NCBI GenBank assembly: GCA_051439505.1
Contig: JBFRWI010000162.1
Location: 1-50,560 of the forward strand
DNA length: 50,560 nucleotides
Source of the DNA: Hormoscilla sp.
GTDB taxonomy: Bacteria; Cyanobacteriota; Cyanobacteriia; Cyanobacteriales; Desertifilaceae
Direction: 5' to 3'
Shown here: positions 27,277-36,378 of the stretch, piece after piece
Position numbering within the stretch: position 1 is the first letter of the stretch
How the letters are laid out: the number at the start of each line of letters is the position of its first letter
Translations under genes and position numbers: made by a program
Notes under the pieces: model-generated
Databases searched by the model: none
What the model was told of the DNA's origin: nothing
Seen by the model: only the letters and a program-made list of their open reading frames with translations

Positions 27277-30200
27277 ATGCAGCAGCGGCTATCAAAGAAT
27301 AGCGAAAATCAAATGTATACAGGAATAACTCTATTCTCTGGCCTTGGATTGGCCGACATTGGCTTAAAAAAAGCAGGCGTTAACGTAGTTGGTGCTGTAG
27401 AGATCTCCCCGGCTATAGCTGAATGGTATCAACGCAATAACCCCAACTGCCAGATGATGATCGGGTCAGTAGAAGAGTTTGATTACCGCCTATTCTCCGG
27501 GGTAGATCTACTCCACATGTCCCCACCATGCCAGCAATACAGTATTGCTAGGAGCAAAAAAGATCTCCCCCGCCATAAAGGCGCAGATGCTGGACTTCTG
27601 ACATTCAAGGCGATCGAGCAAATCCGCCCCAAGTTCATTACCTTAGAGAACGTTAGAGGCTATGCTCTGGCTAAACCTTATTCAGAACTCAAACAGTTCT
27701 TGTGGGACTTGGGATACTGGATAAATGAAGAGATCGTAAACTGTGCGGATTATGGAATTCCCCAGTCAAGGATTCGACTTATTACTCAGTGGATACGGAA
27801 TGATGCTGTAACCGATCATGCCGTCATCCAATACCAGACCCTGTTTGGGGAAAAATTTTGGGGCGGGCACCCTCTGCAAAAACAAGAGCACAAAGGCTGG
27901 TACTCGGCGATCGAAGATCTCATTCCCTCACTACCAGAAACTAAGTTAGCTCCTTGGCAAAAGAAAAGACTGCCTACAGAATTTCATGGAGATCTTCTTG
28001 TTGGTGACCAACACGAACGCCCCCGTACAACAGAACAACCAGCCTTTACCGTCTGCATTAAAGGCCCCCCGCGAGCGTTCTTGATCCGCAGGAATGGACA
28101 GAAATCACACTCAAAATTTGTTGAGATTATTTGCGAATCAAGACCATCCCCCACAATCCTGGCATCACAGAATATTAGTGGCAGACAATTTGATGGGTGG
28201 GACGGCCAGAAGGTTGTAGAGATTACTCCCCAATGCCTAGGAAGATTTCAGACACTCCCCGATTCTTTCCAGCTCCCAGAGAAGAAATCCCTGGCATCTA
28301 TTGGCATCGGGAATGGTGTCCCCTGCGAGATGATGCGTCAAATCGCCTCAAGATTAATCAGTCCCGTCAACTCAACAGATATGACCCCACCGATTATTAC
28401 AAAGGGCAAGCCAAAATGGACTACTGATGATTGGCGGACTCCAGATGAGGAGCGTCAACCAGTCGTAACCCTGGTAAAGCAAGCATTGGGTGGCGTGATC
28501 GGACTTGATCCTACAGCAGATTACAGCAAGCTTATCCCGGCTCAACGACATAGCACTAAGGCCGAAGACTGCCTACCATTAGATTGGGAATCACCGGCTG
28601 GAACCGTTTTCCTAAATCCTCCTTACTCCAACCCCTTGCCTTTCATCAAGAAGCTGATCGAGCAAATGGACCAGGGACTGGTAAAAGAGGCGATCGTGCT
28701 CCTGCCCCTTCGCTGCATTGGCAATCAAGGGACCGGTAAGATTATCAAAGCACGGGCAAAAGCCCACTGCGTGTGGAACTGGAATGGTCGGCTAGCATTT
28801 CTAGCGGAGGATGGCATCCCGAGAAAAGGACCTGATTTTATCTCCTGCTTAATTTATTTTGGAGACATGGAGGCTCGATTTATCGAGACATTCCATGACT
28901 ATGGGGTTGTCTCCCGCTTTGACAAAGGCAATCGAAACATGAGTACCAACGGGGCAGTGATCACCGGTACAGAAGAGATAAAAAGCCCATTAACACAAAG
29001 TGAACTCAATAAAAAAGGTCTCTGTGATTATGTTATTAACGTGGCCTCCGGTTGCCTGCACGGCTGTACCTTCTGCTACGTACCGTCAACTCCAGTTATC
29101 CGCTTTAGGCAAGGCTATCTCCAGAACAAGGGAGTAGAGAACCCCCAGCAAGACTGGGGGAAATATCTGTTTACCAGAGATGCGATCGCTCAACAGTTGG
29201 ATAAGGCTCTAGCCAATAAGCGCACTTGGCTAGAGACCCCAGCAGGAAAAGGCGTAGTCATGCTATGCTCAGGTACAGACCCTTACCAAAACCAACGGAC
29301 TGCGGCAATCACTCGGGCTTGTGTGGAAGTGTTGCTAAAGCATGGCAAACGGGTTAGAATCCTCACTCGTAGCCCGTTATGGACTCAAGATTTAGATATC
29401 CTGGTAAGCCCTCTCGTAACGGTGGGGATGAGCTTGCCCCATTTGGACGATCGCCTTAGCCGCCAGATTGAACCAAAGGCCCCACTACCCAGTGATCGCT
29501 ACCGGGCATTAGAAAAAGGGGCCGCAACAGGATGCCGGTTGTTTGTGGCCATGGCACCCACTCCTCCCCAGATGGGAACAACAGAGTTCCTAGAGCATTT
29601 ATCCAAACTGAAAAAACTCAACCCAGAGGTGATATTCTGGGAGCCGATCAATGCCAGAGGGACTAACGGCTCACGAATGTTAGATGCTGGCTTAGATTTT
29701 GCACAAGATATTTCCAGCACCCAATCCTGGGCGGACATTTTTGTGAGACAATGGCGAGAGCTTAACGTTGCTGCTTCATTAGCTGACTGCCAAGAGCTAC
29801 TTCACATCTGGCCCGATCGCGCTCTGAAAGGATATATTCCCGACAATGAAATAGAATCATGGTGGTCACGGCCCACTAAGGAAGCATGGCCATCCGCTAT
29901 AAACCAACCTCAATCAACCACTACTACTATGTTTAGAGAAGAAGATCACTACGATTTAAGTGAAAATATCGAAGCCTTCAACCGGCACATCCCACTCCTG
30001 GAGCCCCTAACTCCCCCGATCGCCTATTTACCACAAGCTCCTGATACCTTGATCACGTCATCAATTGACGAAAGGATCGCCGCCCTCACCGAAGAGATCG
30101 AGAGCCTAGAGGAACAAGCGCGTATCCGCCGGGAGGAGATTGTTCATCTGCAAGAACAGGCCAAAATTCAACTAAGATCGGAGTTTGAGGAAAAACTAAA

Positions 30201-30813
30201 GGAGCTGCAAGAATTGTTTAAGCGGGCTTCCCAATACGGCCGAACAGAGGATTTCTGTTGTGAGTTGAAACGCTTTCACGATCAAGTATGCCCAGGTTCT
30301 TGCAAAGGAACTGAGGATACAGATGAGGCGATCGCCCCCGTGTTACCCCAACAAGACCCAACCGTAGATCTCAACATTCCCGAAGTCGAAATCTCGCCAT
30401 TGCCCCCCTCTGACCCTGAAAGAAAACCACTGTCATCTCTGGACTATCCAGAACAAGACAGTGACTCTTATAGTGAGAGGGAAAAAAGTATAGAAGCTTC
30501 CTTTGATTCTAACCTTAAAAAAGAAGAACTGCAACTTTCACACGGGGAAGACACCGTGTTAAAGTTCCAAAGCGCGGCCCAGGCTGAGATTTGGAAAGGA
30601 TGGTTTACTACCCTGGTAGGTCAACAGCTCGGGGAAGAAGTTATTGTTACCCGTCACAAGCGATCAAGGAATCTGTACATCAAAAACTTGACGGTCAATG
30701 AGCTAAAAATTATTGACTATTTAGAACTGCCAGAAAATCTCCCCACTCCTTTAGCAGCTCATGAAATGTGGGAACTCGCAAAAATAGAATCCGGAATTAC
30801 AGAGGATAAATAA
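27277..30813 (+). CDS. Fusion of C5-cytosine DNA MTase, phage Dam-like N6-adenine MTase, radical SAM domain and coiled-coil C-terminus (likely start 27313)
   Basis: FSGLG, SPPCQ, ENV, PQSRIR, IGNGVP (C5 MTase); DDWRTP, LDP, FLNPPYS (N6 MTase); GCLHGCTFCY, TDPYQ, ILTRSP (SplB/Rv2578c-like radical SAM). Confidence 0.88.
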   Translation: MQQRLSKNSENQMYTGITLFSGLGLADIGLKKAGVNVVGAVEISPAIAEWYQRNNPNCQMMIGSVEEFDYRLFSGVDLLHMSPPCQQYSIARSKKDLPRHKGADAGLLTFKAIEQIRPKFITLENVRGYALAKPYSELKQFLWDLGYWINEEIVNCADYGIPQSRIRLITQWIRNDAVTDHAVIQYQTLFGEKFWGGHPLQKQEHKGWYSAIEDLIPSLPETKLAPWQKKRLPTEFHGDLLVGDQHERPRTTEQPAFTVCIKGPPRAFLIRRNGQKSHSKFVEIICESRPSPTILASQNISGRQFDGWDGQKVVEITPQCLGRFQTLPDSFQLPEKKSLASIGIGNGVPCEMMRQIASRLISPVNSTDMTPPIITKGKPKWTTDDWRTPDEERQPVVTLVKQALGGVIGLDPTADYSKLIPAQRHSTKAEDCLPLDWESPAGTVFLNPPYSNPLPFIKKLIEQMDQGLVKEAIVLLPLRCIGNQGTGKIIKARAKAHCVWNWNGRLAFLAEDGIPRKGPDFISCLIYFGDMEARFIETFHDYGVVSRFDKGNRNMSTNGAVITGTEEIKSPLTQSELNKKGLCDYVINVASGCLHGCTFCYVPSTPVIRFRQGYLQNKGVENPQQDWGKYLFTRDAIAQQLDKALANKRTWLETPAGKGVVMLCSGTDPYQNQRTAAITRACVEVLLKHGKRVRILTRSPLWTQDLDILVSPLVTVGMSLPHLDDRLSRQIEPKAPLPSDRYRALEKGAATGCRLFVAMAPTPPQMGTTEFLEHLSKLKKLNPEVIFWEPINARGTNGSRMLDAGLDFAQDISSTQSWADIFVRQWRELNVAASLADCQELLHIWPDRALKGYIPDNEIESWWSRPTKEAWPSAINQPQSTTTTMFREEDHYDLSENIEAFNRHIPLLEPLTPPIAYLPQAPDTLITSSIDERIAALTEEIESLEEQARIRREEIVHLQEQAKIQLRSEFEEKLKELQELFKRASQYGRTEDFCCELKRFHDQVCPGSCKGTEDTDEAIAPVLPQQDPTVDLNIPEVEISPLPPSDPERKPLSSLDYPEQDSDSYSEREKSIEASFDSNLKKEELQLSHGEDTVLKFQSAAQAEIWKGWFTTLVGQQLGEEVIVTRHKRSRNLYIKNLTVNELKIIDYLELPENLPTPLAAHEMWELAKIESGITEDK

Positions 30814-31434
30814 ATGAATCTCAACACAATAGACAACCCCTTGGCCCTGAGCAATCAGAAGTCTCCGCAAATGACCCATCCTTATAAGGCTCTTATGGCA
30901 GGATTTCCCGGGGTCGTTGCTCTCTACCTATTGGACCTCCGCCGCGAAGGATATCCCTACGTAGACATCTATGCATCTGACCCGCGTAGGCTCAACATCC
31001 AACAGCAAGACTTGATCGGCAAACCATATAACTGGCATGGAATCTCGCCAGGGGTGGGACTTCCCCGTCAACGGGCAATAGACGAGTTCATTGCCAAAAA
31101 ATACACCGCTGCCAGCTATAGCTATCAATTCTGGGATAAGGGAACACGATGGGAATTCCTCTGCCGCCTAATCACGCTGCCATCAAATTACCTCCTGTTG
31201 ATCGTTTCTGATGCCGACCCCAGACAGTGCTGGTATTGGGAAGTCACTCAGCAGCCCCTGGAAACTCTGGGGCAAAGTACAGACGAAGACTATGACAATG
31301 ACAGTCAGCTCTTAATCGTGACTGATGCAGATCCTAGTCAGTGGCATTGGAAGGTCACACAGCAGACCCTCGGACAATGTATCGATGACGACAACGAAGA
31401 TGATGATTTTGACGAGGGAGATCTAACTTCCTAG
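30814..31434 (+). CDS. Hypothetical protein, possibly PAS-like, with a duplicated C-terminal segment and acidic tail
   Basis: QQDLIGK PAS-like motif; LLIV.DADP.Q..W.VTQQ..LGQ..D.D occurs twice. Confidence 0.6.
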   Translation: MNLNTIDNPLALSNQKSPQMTHPYKALMAGFPGVVALYLLDLRREGYPYVDIYASDPRRLNIQQQDLIGKPYNWHGISPGVGLPRQRAIDEFIAKKYTAASYSYQFWDKGTRWEFLCRLITLPSNYLLLIVSDADPRQCWYWEVTQQPLETLGQSTDEDYDNDSQLLIVTDADPSQWHWKVTQQTLGQCIDDDNEDDDFDEGDLTS

Positions 31435-31578
31435 CATTATCATCAAGCTGGGTAGTAAACTGCAACACCTAGCCGTAGCCAAGTGCTGCGGCTCTAAAAG
31501 ATATATGTCTCAGAATCCCATGAATCACGCCACCCGACAATCCCCCAAAGGGACTACTAGCATGAGGGGAGGTTCCAC

Positions 31579-34500
31579 ATGACGTACATCCCCAAGAACA
31601 TAGGCGAACTAGTTAAAGCGTTAGGTAAGGAAAAACACCGCAACGGGAAATACGAATGTCCTAACTGTGGTGAGATCCATCTGTCCATCGCCCGGGACAA
31701 GAAGCAGTATGACTGTTACAGCTGTCACGAGACAAGCAAAATCCTCTCCTTACTCTGGCAAGAATGGCGTGACCAAAACAACGGTCTATACGAGCCACGG
31801 AAGCGCGAAGAAAGAATCCCTCTAAAGGAAGAGGAGGAGCCCGAAGTTCTATTTTTCGACGAATGGGATGCTGCCGGTCGGTCTTTAAGCAAATGGCTTG
31901 GGTTATCCCCCAACGCCCGAACTGCCTTAGCAGAAAGGGGCTATGATGCTAGTACAATCAAGCAGATGGCACAAAATGGCTGGTTTAGTATCCCCGCCGG
32001 AAGGACAGAAGTTACACATATAAAGGATGTCCCCGAGAACTTCCCAGGGACTCAATGGTGGCAAGATGACACAAACCTAAAAACCCAATATCTATGCAGT
32101 CCCCGGATTGAGACTCAACCTGGGGAATGGGAAAGCAGAGAAGCGATCGCGATTCCGCGTTACCGGTGGGACGGCTTCATAACGGGCTATCAGTTGCGAC
32201 TAATTGGGGCCCATCTAAAAAAGGACCAGCGCTACCGGTTCCTATATGGCGGGGCAAAGGGAAGTCAGACAAAAATATTCACCATCGATGGAAGGGAGGT
32301 CTCAGAAGGGGCCTTAACAGTTTGTGACTCCCGCAAATTGTTTAGGCGGGGCGAACTGACTATTGACGCCTTGAATTTCGTTGAAGCAAATCTGAAACCC
32401 CACATCTGTTCCTATAAACATGGCGGCATCTGGGTTGGGGCAAACAGTAACACTTTTGCGAGCAGCCCTGCTCAATTGCAAGAAATAGCCCTGGAGGCCC
32501 GATCGCAAAATATCAAAATATTAAGATTTCATCTCGATGCTCGGACCTTGCCCTGCGAGAAAAAGCCCGAGGGCAACCCCGGGATCTTAATCAACTGGGC
32601 GAAACTAGCTCAATACTTTTACAAAAACTATCCTGAATTTGAAATTGAAGTCTACGTCTATGGGGATATGGATCCAGACGAGGTTGACAAGATTTCTCCA
32701 GAGAACTGCCTAGGGAGTTTCAATGCAGTCTTCGCAGCCGCGCTGAAACGATCGCGCAAGCTGACCAAGGCGGCCAAGGCTCTCATTAGGGGCGATCGAG
32801 ATTGTGAGTGGGTACAGGAAATCCGGAAAATCCAGAGGTGGCTACACCGTAAGCTGTTAGGCATTCTCAATGACCGGGAGCTGCAAAGAATCAAGGCGAA
32901 AACGACTACTGCGATCGTACTGAGATCGCAGTCAAAACACTGGGGGGACACTTACCTGTACGCCTGGCCAGTGGAGGGTCCGCCTTACTTGCTCTACGAT
33001 CCGAACAACTCAGACAGCATCAACTACACCCGGCACAAACATTCCCCCACCGATTTAATGCCTCCCATCTGTCTAAGTTCCACAGAGCATTACGAGGCAT
33101 TTCACCGGGACGCCTACAATATGGGATGCCAACATTTACTGAATATAACAGAGGCTGGCGGGGGTAAATCTCATAACACGGCTCTGCTCGATCCTGAAGC
33201 GATCGGGATTGAGCGTGAAAAAATTAAGTTTACCGATGAAAATGGGGATGTCAAGGAAGAGGAAATAGAACCTCGGATCCTTTATTTTGTGGATTCTCCA
33301 AAAAACCCCACGAACATAGCTCTAGAGGAAAGGACAATTCCTTTACCGGCGAGGGCAGAGGAACTATTTGAGAATCCGGAAAAAACAACCCCCAAGGGTA
33401 ACAGTTACATTCATTCCAGCGATCCTAATGGAAATTACATTCCTATTCCCCACAGTGGCAACTGTGGCTACGCAAGTCACCACAGTTATCTAAACTCATT
33501 AGGTTACTCTCCAGAAATTAGATACGGCGCGATCTGCCTGCAATGTCCTGCAATGATAGGCAGAGAGAAGGAGTTGAACTGTTCCCATCATCGCAGTTCC
33601 CTAACAATCAAAGATTCCCAGACCGGAGAGGACATAGAGTTCCCTTTTGGCTTTTTATCTGAAAGAGTAGAGACCCTCAGTAAAGAGAACGCGATCAGAC
33701 TTCACCACTCCCAAACCCCGCCAAAAGAAAATATTGATGCAGGTCCAGGACGGCGCACCGGCATCTCAGACGTTACAGACTTGGTGATCCATGATGATTG
33801 CATCCCTCAGACCTCTAGAACCTATTACATTACCGCCGCCACCTGTGATAAAACCGCCCGGATTTTAAGACACAATCATGAAGTCGCTATTCAATCGGGA
33901 GACCCCAATGACGTTACCAGGACAGCTCAACAGCTGAAAGCCTTTGATCCATTGCTAACACGTCTCGGAGATTACATAGAGAAGGCTGAACCAGGAAGAT
34001 ACGGGATAGGAGATCCGGAAGTGCGATCAGATATGGCCCAAGGCAAAGCCCCAAATGACCCCACTATCTGGACAAAAACCTACAATATACTTGCTAGGGC
34101 ACCTTGGAAATCCTCTGAGTTTGATACTTACACCATCAACCCTGATGACCATAGCTACAACACAATATTAATGAGCTTGAGAAATTCATGCTCAGGGTTG
34201 GGGAGTAATCTTGGGGAAATTAAAAGTCTCATCCTAGAGAACAAGGGTAAACCTCCAGAGGAATCCCTTAATGCCTTGCGAGGAACCGCAATCCCGCAGT
34301 TTTTACGCCCGTTAATACTGGCGGGTTTAGGTTATGGAAGCTTCAGGATTGTCCATGAGTTTGATGTAAGTACGCAGAGATGGAAAAACAAATTAGCTAT
34401 TACGATCAAAAACCGCAGTGAGGTAAAAAACTCTCGGGGGGCTTTTAATATTCAGCTAGACGCCACAATGAATCAGCATGAATATAGCCAGCTCTATGGG

Positions 34501-36216
34501 GTGCAGAAAAAAAATGTCTGGGTAATGCATCATTTACCCATGGACCACAGTAATCTAACAGTCTTTCAATATCAGGATCTGGGAAAGCTAGCCTCTAGTA
34601 CCTGGTCTCAAGATATCTTCGATCGCCTAACTGCGACAATCTCCTTCTGCATAAAAAGCCATACTCAATGGGCTATAGACAATGGACAAGACCCAGAGGG
34701 GATTGGCTTGATCGCTCCTAAATGGCTGATAAAAACTGGATTTTTCGACCAATTTATTCCCAGATCACGACAAGGATGGTGGTTTGCCCACACCCGGGGG
34801 ACTAATATATGGCAAAATTGCCACACATTATATTGTGTCGGCTCCCCTCGTTCGTGTCTCGGCCAACTTGCCGTTGACTGGCAAGTGCGCACCGGTGAAT
34901 CAGTAGATCTAAACAATCAGGATAGGCACCCAGATTTTCGACGCTGGGCAAACGGTCTAATCCGCAAAGAGCAGATTCAGACGACAGCACGTCTGCGATC
35001 GGGGCGAACGGAAGGCCCAAAAAATCTTCACTGGTTCTGCTCAGAGTCTTTGACATTCTTGGAAAAGAAGTTTCCCGGATGTAAAGTCAGTACCAATAAA
35101 TCGCGGGAGCTTACAATCAAGGCGGCACCCAAGAGCGATCGGCACCTCCTGGAAATGGCAGAGGCTATCATCTCCTACTATGAGAACGACATTACCCCAA
35201 CTCAACAGATGATCTCTGGGATGATTGACTGGAGCACGGCCCAGATTTCTAAGACTTGCAAGCAGATGATGCAGATATTGGTTGAGAGTGGTGAGGTCAA
35301 AATGGCCGGGCGTCAGTGGTTTAAGCCGTTTGTGCAAACTTTCATTTCACTATATAAAACTCTTATAGCGGAACGAAAGTTTTCTGATGGGGTGGAAATC
35401 ACTGAGGCCATGAGGCGGTTTGCTGAGACTCTATTGCCTAAGCAGTTGCAATCATATTTAGACCGGCGAGAAAAAATTCTCGAAGATCAGAGTGGCAAAA
35501 ATGACGAGTCCTTTCGTCAGCGGATTTTCGACAATGCTTGGCATGTTCTAGGGGGGATGATTCGCAGTGGCGTCCCTAACTCCACTGTCATTGAGAAGGT
35601 CGTCACTCTTCTTGGCTGGGGCGATCGGGTGGTTTTGTCCCAGGTGATGACGGATCTTTTCCCTACGAGTCCTGGCCTTGACGCTCTGGAATATGCGATC
35701 GATGTCCGTCCCGCTTTACTGGAGAAGGCAAAGGTGGCCCCTCCGGTAGTACGCGATCGACCTGTGCCGGTGGTCCAAAAGGTAGCAGCCCAATCCTCCG
35801 ACATCCCAGTCAAGGCTTCCCTTTTAGTAGAGGAACAGCTAGATCCTGAGATGGAACAAGGACTTTTGGAGGCTTTTGATTATTTTGATAAGCGGCGACG
35901 CCAGCAGTCAGGATCATCAGTCGAATTTGTTGTTGAGTTTCTTCGGGGAAAAAATCGAATAAATCATGTCGAGAACCATGTTCATGTCAAGGACTGGATT
36001 AATGTTCTAAGGGCCTTAAAGGCATCGAGTTTCCCAGGTTTTGAATCTGTTAACATTTTTCAGCGTTTAGCTCAAGTCTCAACGAATGAGGAATTACATG
36101 TAACTTGTATATCGAGGGAGACTTGGGAAATGCTCCATTACGTGGATTGGGATGCTCAGCCGTCAGAGGCGGAAATAGTGGCAGCGCAGGAGAAAGTCAG
36201 AAATGGTCATATTTGA
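31579..36216 (+). CDS. Large primase/helicase-like replication protein
   Basis: N-terminal Zn finger CPNC...CYSC, primase-like AIPRY..DG.ITGYQLR, TOPRIM-like DMDPDE, P-loop AGGGKSH, LDAT, QTTARLR, late HTH-like PTQQMISGMIDWSTAQISK. Confidence 0.75.
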   Translation: MTYIPKNIGELVKALGKEKHRNGKYECPNCGEIHLSIARDKKQYDCYSCHETSKILSLLWQEWRDQNNGLYEPRKREERIPLKEEEEPEVLFFDEWDAAGRSLSKWLGLSPNARTALAERGYDASTIKQMAQNGWFSIPAGRTEVTHIKDVPENFPGTQWWQDDTNLKTQYLCSPRIETQPGEWESREAIAIPRYRWDGFITGYQLRLIGAHLKKDQRYRFLYGGAKGSQTKIFTIDGREVSEGALTVCDSRKLFRRGELTIDALNFVEANLKPHICSYKHGGIWVGANSNTFASSPAQLQEIALEARSQNIKILRFHLDARTLPCEKKPEGNPGILINWAKLAQYFYKNYPEFEIEVYVYGDMDPDEVDKISPENCLGSFNAVFAAALKRSRKLTKAAKALIRGDRDCEWVQEIRKIQRWLHRKLLGILNDRELQRIKAKTTTAIVLRSQSKHWGDTYLYAWPVEGPPYLLYDPNNSDSINYTRHKHSPTDLMPPICLSSTEHYEAFHRDAYNMGCQHLLNITEAGGGKSHNTALLDPEAIGIEREKIKFTDENGDVKEEEIEPRILYFVDSPKNPTNIALEERTIPLPARAEELFENPEKTTPKGNSYIHSSDPNGNYIPIPHSGNCGYASHHSYLNSLGYSPEIRYGAICLQCPAMIGREKELNCSHHRSSLTIKDSQTGEDIEFPFGFLSERVETLSKENAIRLHHSQTPPKENIDAGPGRRTGISDVTDLVIHDDCIPQTSRTYYITAATCDKTARILRHNHEVAIQSGDPNDVTRTAQQLKAFDPLLTRLGDYIEKAEPGRYGIGDPEVRSDMAQGKAPNDPTIWTKTYNILARAPWKSSEFDTYTINPDDHSYNTILMSLRNSCSGLGSNLGEIKSLILENKGKPPEESLNALRGTAIPQFLRPLILAGLGYGSFRIVHEFDVSTQRWKNKLAITIKNRSEVKNSRGAFNIQLDATMNQHEYSQLYGVQKKNVWVMHHLPMDHSNLTVFQYQDLGKLASSTWSQDIFDRLTATISFCIKSHTQWAIDNGQDPEGIGLIAPKWLIKTGFFDQFIPRSRQGWWFAHTRGTNIWQNCHTLYCVGSPRSCLGQLAVDWQVRTGESVDLNNQDRHPDFRRWANGLIRKEQIQTTARLRSGRTEGPKNLHWFCSESLTFLEKKFPGCKVSTNKSRELTIKAAPKSDRHLLEMAEAIISYYENDITPTQQMISGMIDWSTAQISKTCKQMMQILVESGEVKMAGRQWFKPFVQTFISLYKTLIAERKFSDGVEITEAMRRFAETLLPKQLQSYLDRREKILEDQSGKNDESFRQRIFDNAWHVLGGMIRSGVPNSTVIEKVVTLLGWGDRVVLSQVMTDLFPTSPGLDALEYAIDVRPALLEKAKVAPPVVRDRPVPVVQKVAAQSSDIPVKASLLVEEQLDPEMEQGLLEAFDYFDKRRRQQSGSSVEFVVEFLRGKNRINHVENHVHVKDWINVLRALKASSFPGFESVNIFQRLAQVSTNEELHVTCISRETWEMLHYVDWDAQPSEAEIVAAQEKVRNGHI

Positions 36217-36294
36217 GGAGTTCATGTGAACGTTGTTTTATTTCCGTATAAAGACGGTTGACGGTAAGCCCTGTAGGGGACGAACATTATGTTA

Positions 36295-36349
36295 GACTTG
36301 AAGAGGTTCCCGCCGGACGCTGAGCCTTCATAAGGAACCTCTTCAAGTC
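36295..36349. other. Perfect 16-bp inverted repeat with 23-nt loop between the replicase and the structural module
   Basis: GACTTGAAGAGGTTCC ... GGAACCTCTTCAAGTC. Confidence 0.9.
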
Positions 36350-36378
36350 CCTTGGGAGGATGAGAGAACATTCTTTGT

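Noticed and set aside
27277..30813. Restriction-modification system
   Set aside because: No recognisable endonuclease gene or domain nearby; the MTases appear orphan.
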